DNA of 23,318 nucleotides. Origin: an uncultured delta proteobacterium (GTDB lineage Bacteria > Desulfobacterota > Binatia > UBA9968). A program made the translations under genes and the position numbers. The notes beneath the pieces are model-generated. The model was not told where the DNA came from. It worked only from the letters and a program-made list of their open reading frames with translations, and ran no database searches. This document shows positions 8,925 through 16,031 of the stretch, piece after piece; the stretch's first letter is position 1, and every line of letters begins with the position of its first letter. The stretch is from the NCBI GenBank assembly GCA_963737905.1, contig CAVTUQ010000024.1, positions 1-23,318 of the forward strand, read 5' to 3'.

Positions 8925-8949
8925 AAAAGGCCGAGCCAGGCCTTTTCAG
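8922..8949 (-). terminator. Probable intrinsic terminator of the binding-protein gene
   Basis: Perfect 11-bp inverted repeat ctgaaaaggcc-N6-ggccttttcag overlapping the stop codon. On the minus strand the GC stem is followed by UUUUCAGUU. Confidence 0.6.
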
Positions 8950-9941
8950 AAGAGCCCTTCTTTTTCCAACTTCCGTGCGATGCGCTCGTCGATGACATCT
9001 TCGGCTTTGAGCTTGCGAATCTGCTCGTTGCTTCTGCCGAGAATACGGATCACGTTGCGCAGGCCATCGACGTTGGCATAAATCCGCCGGTCGTAAAGGA
9101 CCTTCATCATGTCATAGCCCGCCTCCGCGTCTTCTACCTTTGACAAGCGCAAGGTGCGCATCAAGCTCCGGATAACCGTAGGTTTGTTTTCAGGAGTATT
9201 GATGAATTTTATGGTCTCGATCATCGCTCTAAGGTAGCGCTCTACGGTGTCGGGCGAGCGGTCGACAAAGCTCCGCCGCGCCATGATGCCCAGACCCTGA
9301 AACGGGATGCCGAGCGTGAGAAGATCGGCCAGAACGCGGAAACCCTGCCGCTCTAGTTGAGCCCCAAACGCATAACCGAGATACGCCCCATCGATAATGC
9401 CGCCGGTTGCAAGCGCTTGAGCCATAACCCCCTGATCGCCGATGATCCGAAACTGAATGTTGTCACGCTCCGGATTGATCCCCCAGTGATCAAAAGCCAG
9501 CATGCTGAACATCCACACGCCCCCGCCGATACTTTGGACGCCGATCCTTTTGCCCTTGAGATCCGCCGGCGTCTTGATATTGGGAGCGACCACGAACGTG
9601 CCATCGAGCTTGTTAATCAAACCTGCGACGAAAACCAAATCGAGTCCGCCGGCCATGGCGCCGATGGATGCACCCGTAGCCGAACCGCCGTGAAATTGCG
9701 TCTCTCCGGCAGCCAGCGCCGACAAGCCGACCGCGCCGCTCCGCACGTTGACGACTTGAGCGTCCAGACCATACTTTTGAAAAATCCCCGCATCTTTAGC
9801 CACAAAAAGCACGCCACTGCGCTCGTTCAACCCGCCATAAGTGACGACGATCTTTGTCGGCGCCGAGGCGGCAAAAACGGCAGGAGAAAAGCCCAGCGTC
9901 AAAACTAGAACGATCAAACAACATCGCATCCGATACTCCAT
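8946..9941 (-). CDS. ABC transporter substrate-binding protein, NMT1/THI5/SsuA-like
   Basis: Signal peptide MEYRMRCCLIVLVLTLGFSPAVFAA, LFVAKDAGIFQKYGLD and IKTPADLKGKRIGV motifs. Start taken at ATG 9941 (or GTG 9944) behind gaggag; the ORF-track extension to 10295 overlaps the antitoxin gene. Confidence 0.9.
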   Translation of the reverse strand: MEYRMRCCLIVLVLTLGFSPAVFAASAPTKIVVTYGGLNERSGVLFVAKDAGIFQKYGLDAQVVNVRSGAVGLSALAAGETQFHGGSATGASIGAMAGGLDLVFVAGLINKLDGTFVVAPNIKTPADLKGKRIGVQSIGGGVWMFSMLAFDHWGINPERDNIQFRIIGDQGVMAQALATGGIIDGAYLGYAFGAQLERQGFRVLADLLTLGIPFQGLGIMARRSFVDRSPDTVERYLRAMIETIKFINTPENKPTVIRSLMRTLRLSKVEDAEAGYDMMKVLYDRRIYANVDGLRNVIRILGRSNEQIRKLKAEDVIDERIARKLEKEGLF

Positions 9942-10098
9942 CACTTTATTACTCCTCTTTCCCATCGACGACTTCTTGTACTCCGTGCACATCTCGGATT
10001 GCAAGCGCATCGGTTTATGACTTCTGTTCGCTTCAGGTCGCCGGAGCCCTCTATGAAATCCGGTCGAGCCGGGGTAAACCCGGCACCCGGAGCAAGTC

Positions 10099-10132
10099 TT
10101 GACGCGCGCTTTCAATTGACCATAATGGTCAA
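10099..10132 (+). promoter_or_regulatory. Sigma70-type promoter with overlapping palindromic operator for the TA operon
   Basis: -35 TTGACG (10099-10104), 16-nt spacer, -10 CATAAT (10121-10126). The perfect palindrome TTGACCAT-A-ATGGTCAA (10116-10132) covers the -10. Confidence 0.75.
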
Positions 10133-10158
10133 GTAGGACAAACCAGAAAGGAATATCT

Positions 10159-10449
10159 ATGAAGACTACAACCGTCTCAAAACTCAAGGCTTCTCTCAGT
10201 GAGTATCTACGATCGGTCAAGGCAGGCGAAGAAGTCCTAGTCACTGAACGCGGGCGCCCTATTGCCAAGCTCACTCCGGTCGCAAGTTCCGACATTCTGC
10301 CTGATCACTTGGTCGAAATGGAAAAACAGGGTTTCATCAAAATCGGCTCAGGAAAGTTGCCGAAGGGTTTTTGGGATCTTCCGCGGCCCAAAGATCCTAA
10401 GGGGTTGGTTCTCAAGACTGCTTTACGGGAACGGGAGGAGGGCTGGTGA
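10159..10449 (+). CDS. Phd/YefM-family antitoxin (VapB-like)
   Basis: TVSKLKASLSEYLRSVKAGEEVLVTERGRPIAKL is the Phd/YefM signature. The stop overlaps the toxin start (GTGA). Confidence 0.92.
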   Translation: MKTTTVSKLKASLSEYLRSVKAGEEVLVTERGRPIAKLTPVASSDILPDHLVEMEKQGFIKIGSGKLPKGFWDLPRPKDPKGLVLKTALREREEGW

Positions 10450-10880
10450 AATTCTGGGACACATCCGCGGTTGTCCCTCTGTGCGTAATCGAGCCCATTA
10501 CCGGAACCGTTAAATCAATTCTCACTGGAGACCCTTCGCTCGTCGTTTGGTGGGCAACGAGGACTGAATGTGTCTCAGCCCTCAACCGGCAAACCCGAGA
10601 AGGCAGCTTGCGTATCGAGGACGAACACCAGGCACATCACGTACTAAGGCAACTTGCGGACGCCTGGACCGAGGTTCAACCGAGCGAAATTCTTCGTGGG
10701 ACCGCGGAGCGGCTACTAGCCGTGCATGCTCTCAGAGCAGCAGATGCTTTTCAGTTAGCGGCCGCTTTGCATTGGTGTCAAAGACAGCCGGTGAACAGAG
10801 AGCTGGTCTCCTTCGACACCCGGTTGCGAAACGCGGCATACAAAGAAGGATTCACGCTCCGTCCCGCCCAGATTCACTGA
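10446..10880 (+). CDS. vapC: PIN-domain toxin, VapC family
   Basis: MKFWDTSAVVPL, TE, LRAADAFQLAAA and SFDTRLRNAAYKEGF carry the PIN acidic catalytic residues. Confidence 0.9.
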   Translation: MKFWDTSAVVPLCVIEPITGTVKSILTGDPSLVVWWATRTECVSALNRQTREGSLRIEDEHQAHHVLRQLADAWTEVQPSEILRGTAERLLAVHALRAADAFQLAAALHWCQRQPVNRELVSFDTRLRNAAYKEGFTLRPAQIH

Positions 10881-10946
10881 GCAGTATACGTGAAGGCACC
10901 GCGCGGAAAATCTTCGTCCGGGTTTCTGGACGCTCGATGTAACCGA

Positions 10947-13900
10947 TTACGTAAGTTCTTCGAGCAGTGCTTTTGCCTCTTTCAAGTCGGCCGTGTCAAA
11001 CCCTTCAGTAAACCAGCCGTAAATATCACCTAGCAATTTTCGCGCTTCTCCTGTCCTACCTTGCCTCTGCCACAGCCGACTCATGCTCATCGCTGCCCGT
11101 AACTCCAACGACTTCGCTTGCTGTCGGCGTGAAATCTCGATAGCCTCCGAAAAACTCTCCTCTGCAGAACGGTGAACGAACTCTGCTTTCTGCATTCCAG
11201 GCTCTGCATTCAAAAGAAGCTCGCCTCTCAGCCGATGTAGCTCTGCCTCGTAATACCACCCTCCGTTTTTGTGCGACCAAGCTACTTCGGACAGCACAGT
11301 CAATCCCTCCTCTGCCTTCTTCACTTTCCCATAAATCTTCGCTAGGAGAACCAGATAATGCGACCGGGCCACTTCTGCGCCTGTGGTCTTATAGGCGAGC
11401 AGACCCTGGCACATTTGTGCAACGCCTTTCTCTGCTGTTTGTCCTTCATCGGCCAGTGCCCAACCGCGTAGGATGGTTCCCTGCGTAAACCAGTAAGGGA
11501 ACCCATACTTGCTTGCGAGCGCCAGGAGTGCCTCCGCTCGCTCTTGGACTGCTTCACGCTCTCGACGGAATTCATGGAGCCAGGCAGCATAGCCCAGGGC
11601 CTCAGCTAAGGTTAGGGGATGAGATAATTCCTCGGCGAGAGCTAGCGCGTCTTGACTTCTCTTCAGGGCCCGGTCCGGATAGCCAAGCAACCACAGCGCC
11701 AAGGCTCCAAAGTCTCTGCAGCACACCCCGGGGTCGTGCCCACCATAGAGAAGGGCCAGGACGCGGTGCTGTGGGGAATCATAGAGATCAATCCCATGTT
11801 CCGAGTGCGCTCTGGCTAGAGTCAACTCTCCAAGAAAGAACGAGTTAGCCCACATCGCGTGATGGGCTTCGAGGAGAAGACCGGCGTCACGCAGGCGCTG
11901 ACCCAGACTAAAGAGTTGCGTGGCTAGATCTCTCGCTGTTTGTAACTCTCCCCGCTGTAGATGAAGTAGCCATAGTCCCCACAATACGGGGAAAAGCTGC
12001 GAGGTCTCGCCTACCTGTTGGCACAATTCCCGTGCCCGCAGGTAAACGGGTTCGATTTCTGGCGCGCCGAAACCTTTGGTTGACTGGAGCGCCGGGCCAA
12101 GGGCGAGCAGCAGAGCGAGCTCTTGCTTTTCGCGTTCGTCGCTTAAAGGCAACGTCTCGACGACTTCCAACGCTCTCGTGAAATAGGCCACCGCCTCTAA
12201 GTTCGCCGAACGCGATAACGCCTTGGTCCCGGCTTCGCGGAGATACATAACCGCTTTGTCCCACACCTCTCCCCTGACGGCATGGTCAGCCAAGCGCTCC
12301 ACTTGTTCGCCGAGTCTGTCCCGGTAAAGCTGCTCCGTTATTTCGACGATGCGCGTATGAAGCGCGCGCCGGCGATCGTGCAACAGCGTTCCGTAAGCAA
12401 CCTCGTGTGTAAGGGCGTGCTTAAAGGTGTATTCGATATCCGGAAAGAGACTCGTCTCGTAAAGAAACTCAGCGGCCTGAAGCTGAATCAGTCCACGTCT
12501 GACTTCTTCTTCGGACTGAGCCGCAATGGCTTGGAGCAGCGCCAATGGAACGTCCTTGCCTATAACGGCCGCCGATTGAAGAAGACGTTTCTCATCTAGC
12601 GTAAGTCTATCAATCCGAGCGGCTAACACCGCCTGTACGGTTGCCGGTACCTGCGTGCTCTCAAGCGGCCTGGCGAGACGATAATTTCCCCGCTCGCCCA
12701 CTAGCAGTTTGGTCTCCACTAATGTGCGAACGCTCTCCTCGATGAAAAAAGGGTTCCCTTCCGTTCGCTCGATCAGTAGCTTTTTCAACGGCGCGAGGCT
12801 CGAATCACTTCCCAAAAGTGCCTGGAGCAGTTCCTCCGCGCTTTCAGGCGGCAGAGGATCAATCCGGAGTTGGCTGTAATAGGTCTTGCTCCCCCAGCCG
12901 TGCTGGTACTCCTGCCGATAGTTGACCAACAGCAGAAGTCGCGCAGTCGGAAGACTCTCAATCAAGCTATCCAGGAAAGACTGGGTCTCCGAATCGATCC
13001 AGTGAAGATCTTCGATGACCAAGAGCAAAGGTTGGATTTGGCTCTCTCGTAGCAGCAAACGCTTGATTGCCTCTAGGGTGCGCTGGCGGCGCAGTGGAGG
13101 ATCCGAGCTCTGCCATACTTGGTCCTCGAGCTTCAAGTCTAAGAGTGCCAGGAACGCAGGCAGTGTGGGCTCTAGAGACTTATCCAGTGTCAGGAGCTTC
13201 CCTGTAACTTTCTCGCGAATCTTCCGCACATCGTCTCGGTCTTCAATGGCGAAGTATGCCTTGAGCAGGTCGATCACTGGAAGATACGCAGTCGCTTTGC
13301 CGTAAGAGACCGAGCCGCTTTCAAGGATAAGCCAGTCCACGGTACGGCGAGAATGAGCGAACTCCCAGAACAGACGGGACTTGCCTACCCCCGGCTCACC
13401 GACAAGGGCTACCACCTGGCCGTGGCCGCTGCCTGCCTTATCGAGAGCCCGGCGGAGAGTCTCAAGCTCAGTATCGCGTCCGACGAAGCGCGTGAAACCG
13501 CGCGCGGCTGCTGCTTGCAGCCGAGAACGTGTGGCTCCAACTCCAGTAACCTCATAAACTTCCACCGGCTCAGTTAGTCCCTTGACGTTGACCGGGCCAA
13601 GCGACTTCACCTGCACATAGCCTTCGGCTAGTTGTAGTGTGTCCGCGGTTATCATGATCGACCCCGGCATCGCCATCTGTTCCATCCGCGCGGCCAAATG
13701 GGTGGTCTGCCCAACGGCCGTGTAATCCATCTTCAGGTCGCTGCCGATCGATCTGACTACGACTTCTCCAGAATTCACGCCAACTCGAATCTGAATCGGA
13801 ATGCCCTCAGTTCTCTGAATGCTCTCTGCATACTTCTCCACCGACTCCTGCATCCTGAGCGCGGAGTAACAGGCTCGCACTGCATGATCTTCATGCGCGA

Positions 13901-14342
13901 GCGGCGCACCAAACAGCGCCATGATCCCATCGCCCATGACCTGGTTGACGGTACCTTCATATCGGTGCACCGCTTCCATCATGTGCTCGAGCACCGGGTC
14001 AAGAATCTTCCGCGCTTCCTCCGGGTCACGGTCCGCAAGTAACTCCATCGATCCTTTTATATCCGCGAACAGCACCGTCACCTGCTTGCGTTCGCCTTCG
14101 AGGGCGCTCTTGGAAGTCAAAATCTTCTCGGCAAGGTGTTTGGGGGTATAAGTTTCGGGAGAAATGAAGCGCGTTGCTATAGCCGGTTGAGCACTCACCG
14201 ATTGCCCACACTCGAGACAGAACTTCGCCCCCGCAGGAAGCTCTGTGCCGCACACGGCGCATTTTAGGGCCAGCACAGTTCCGCACTCGAGGCAAAATTT
14301 TGCCTGCGGCGGATTCTCCTGCTGGCAACGCAGACATTTCAT
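10947..14342 (-). CDS. Double zinc ribbon - class III adenylate/guanylate cyclase - STAND/AAA ATPase - TPR protein (1131 aa)
   Basis: Four CxxC pairs at the N-terminus; cyclase motifs VTVLFADIKGS, MGDGIMALFG, HLAARMEQ; Walker A GEPGVGKS and Walker B LLVIEDLHW; helical TPR tail ending GWFTEGFDTADLKEAKALLEEL. Confidence 0.95.
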   Translation of the reverse strand: MKCLRCQQENPPQAKFCLECGTVLALKCAVCGTELPAGAKFCLECGQSVSAQPAIATRFISPETYTPKHLAEKILTSKSALEGERKQVTVLFADIKGSMELLADRDPEEARKILDPVLEHMMEAVHRYEGTVNQVMGDGIMALFGAPLAHEDHAVRACYSALRMQESVEKYAESIQRTEGIPIQIRVGVNSGEVVVRSIGSDLKMDYTAVGQTTHLAARMEQMAMPGSIMITADTLQLAEGYVQVKSLGPVNVKGLTEPVEVYEVTGVGATRSRLQAAAARGFTRFVGRDTELETLRRALDKAGSGHGQVVALVGEPGVGKSRLFWEFAHSRRTVDWLILESGSVSYGKATAYLPVIDLLKAYFAIEDRDDVRKIREKVTGKLLTLDKSLEPTLPAFLALLDLKLEDQVWQSSDPPLRRQRTLEAIKRLLLRESQIQPLLLVIEDLHWIDSETQSFLDSLIESLPTARLLLLVNYRQEYQHGWGSKTYYSQLRIDPLPPESAEELLQALLGSDSSLAPLKKLLIERTEGNPFFIEESVRTLVETKLLVGERGNYRLARPLESTQVPATVQAVLAARIDRLTLDEKRLLQSAAVIGKDVPLALLQAIAAQSEEEVRRGLIQLQAAEFLYETSLFPDIEYTFKHALTHEVAYGTLLHDRRRALHTRIVEITEQLYRDRLGEQVERLADHAVRGEVWDKAVMYLREAGTKALSRSANLEAVAYFTRALEVVETLPLSDEREKQELALLLALGPALQSTKGFGAPEIEPVYLRARELCQQVGETSQLFPVLWGLWLLHLQRGELQTARDLATQLFSLGQRLRDAGLLLEAHHAMWANSFFLGELTLARAHSEHGIDLYDSPQHRVLALLYGGHDPGVCCRDFGALALWLLGYPDRALKRSQDALALAEELSHPLTLAEALGYAAWLHEFRREREAVQERAEALLALASKYGFPYWFTQGTILRGWALADEGQTAEKGVAQMCQGLLAYKTTGAEVARSHYLVLLAKIYGKVKKAEEGLTVLSEVAWSHKNGGWYYEAELHRLRGELLLNAEPGMQKAEFVHRSAEESFSEAIEISRRQQAKSLELRAAMSMSRLWQRQGRTGEARKLLGDIYGWFTEGFDTADLKEAKALLEELT
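11163..11212. repeat. Intragenic 7-nt-unit repeat with inverted arm, in frame within the cyclase TPR tail
   Basis: Plus strand tgcagaa cggtgaa cgaa | ctctgct ttctgca ttccagg ctctgca ttc. It encodes NAEPGMQKAEFVHRSA between two helices. Confidence 0.6.
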
Positions 14343-14404
14343 AATCCGGCCTTCTCGCCTAAATTTCTGGATCTCTTGACTTCAGTATGAACGTTTCGGA
14401 TTGC

Positions 14405-14490
14405 TCACCACGGAGTCGCCGAGGACGCGGAGAAAAATTTTTTGATCGAGGAATACTTCTATCTTTGCGAACTCTATGTCTCCGTGGTGA
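14405..14490. repeat. Inverted-repeat element made of 8-9-nt units (cacggag/cgcagag-like)
   Basis: Left arm tcac cacggagt cgccgagga cgcggaga; reverse complement of right arm tcac cacggaga catagagtt cgcaaaga. 21 of 29 positions match and the outer 11 bp are perfect. Confidence 0.82.
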
Positions 14491-14527
14491 ATACTCTTTC
14501 ACAGTAAACTCGAAAGCGCCATATTTC

Positions 14528-15889
14528 TCAGGCCGGTCGGATATTCTGATTCAGGTGGAAAAGATTAGTCGGGTCATACTTTGCTTTCAGCATTCGCAGG
14601 CGCTGGTAGTTCGGCCCGTAAGCTGCCGCGACGGCGTCTTCTCCATCATCGTCTCCCAAGTAGTTTACGTAGCGCCCTGGCGTGAAGCTGGGCCGCATGA
14701 GGTCATACGCTTGCCGCGCCCACGCAATATTCGGAGCGTTGTCGGCCGGTTCGAGCCATTCAGAGACGACCAGAAAGTTATAGCCCTCGTGACGGTGTGG
14801 GAACGCCGTCTCGCTCACGCCGACACGCGTCGCCGCGCCGTGAATGTGCTCCAGCAACAGGCCGCTCATCGGCGAGGGACATGCCGCGAACTGAGAAACT
14901 AGCGTGTCGATGGCCCCATCGCTGAGTTCACCTATGAAATTGGATTTCCAGTAGTTAAGGGCGCCCCGAGGAAATCCGGCGTCCAGCATCTTATTCGTCT
15001 CCTCGTAGGTTGTTGGACCGATGGAATCCAGAATCGGCGTGCCGAACTTCTTAATCGGCTGAAGGGCAGCCTCTGCTTCGGCGAGAGGACCGCAGTGGCA
15101 CAAAATGATAACGGCGATCTGAGCGCCGTCGGGCGCGTGCAGCAGCGCGCCGAAGATCGTGAGGTCGTCGGTCAATCCCGCCGATGTGATCTCCCGGAAA
15201 AATTTCAGCACATCGCGAGCGCGGTCGAAGGGGTGGGCGATGAGCCCACTGGTGACTGTCCCAACCGGGTGCAAGCGGTACTCCAACCATGAGACAGCGC
15301 CGAAGTTGCCGCCTCCGCCTTGAAGACCCCAGAAGAGATCGGCGTTTTCATCCTTGCTTGCCCGCACGATGTCACCCGAAGCAGTAATGACCTCTGCAGA
15401 AATGAGATTGTCAGTCGCCAGCCCATACCTGGCCATGAGCCACCCGAGGCCGCCACCGAGCGTCAAACCCGCGATGCCAGTCGTGGAGATCACGCCGCCG
15501 GTGGTCGCTAGCCCATGTGCCTGCGTTTCGCGGTTGAATTCACGCCAGGTCACTCCGCCCTGAGCGCGCGCCGTGCGACGGACCGGATCAACGTGGATGC
15601 CCTTCATGAGCGACATGTCGAGCATCAGCCCATCGTCACAGACAGCCCTGCCGGCAACGTTATGACCGCCGCCGCGCACCGCCAATTCAAGTCCGTGAGT
15701 GCGCGCGAAGTTTACCGCGTCAACGATGTCAGCGTTACCTACGCAGCCGGCAATCAACGCAGGGTGCCGATCGATCATACCGTTGTGGACCTGCCGTACT
15801 TCATCGTACCCGGATTGATCGGGACGCAGGAGCACGCCGGAAAAGCGAGCGGACAGGTCAACGATACTGGCTTGATCGAGCGCAACCAT
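14528..15889 (-). CDS. FAD-binding oxidoreductase, BBE-like (paralog of 1493-2875)
   Basis: RGGGHNVAG, TTGIAGLTLGGGLGWL, DLFWGLQGGGGNFG and YVNYL..AYGPNYQRL..KAKYDPTNLFHLNQNI motifs. RBS ggagga. Confidence 0.93.
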   Translation of the reverse strand: MVALDQASIVDLSARFSGVLLRPDQSGYDEVRQVHNGMIDRHPALIAGCVGNADIVDAVNFARTHGLELAVRGGGHNVAGRAVCDDGLMLDMSLMKGIHVDPVRRTARAQGGVTWREFNRETQAHGLATTGGVISTTGIAGLTLGGGLGWLMARYGLATDNLISAEVITASGDIVRASKDENADLFWGLQGGGGNFGAVSWLEYRLHPVGTVTSGLIAHPFDRARDVLKFFREITSAGLTDDLTIFGALLHAPDGAQIAVIILCHCGPLAEAEAALQPIKKFGTPILDSIGPTTYEETNKMLDAGFPRGALNYWKSNFIGELSDGAIDTLVSQFAACPSPMSGLLLEHIHGAATRVGVSETAFPHRHEGYNFLVVSEWLEPADNAPNIAWARQAYDLMRPSFTPGRYVNYLGDDDGEDAVAAAYGPNYQRLRMLKAKYDPTNLFHLNQNIRPA

Positions 15890-15968
15890 GAAATTCCTCC
15901 CAAAGACTTTTAGATAGTTGTGCCTTATAAATGTTCAATAGAACCACGGCTACAAAGCTTATCGGGTT

Positions 15969-16003
15969 GTTTCGAATTTTGGATTTCAAGTTTCGAGTTT
16001 TTT
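15969..16003. repeat. Degenerate 7-nt tandem repeat (gtttcga type), single arm
   Basis: gtttcga attttgg atttcaa gtttcga gtttttt, the same unit as 8856-8924, about 30 nt beyond the stop of the frameshifted cyclase gene. Confidence 0.65.
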
Positions 16004-16031
16004 GTCCCTTCCGTCTCATACGGGTAGTGCC

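Noticed and set aside
10019-10098. TPP riboswitch upstream of an NMT1/THI5-like gene (minus strand has GGGTGCC and ACCTGA)
   Set aside because: It lacks the conserved CTGAGA and the TAATGCC..GCG.AGG elements. Kept only as an unknown structure.
9942-10295. 118-aa N-terminal extension of the binding protein in the ORF track
   Set aside because: It overlaps the antitoxin gene and its promoter on the other strand. The signal peptide and RBS point to a start at 9941/9944.
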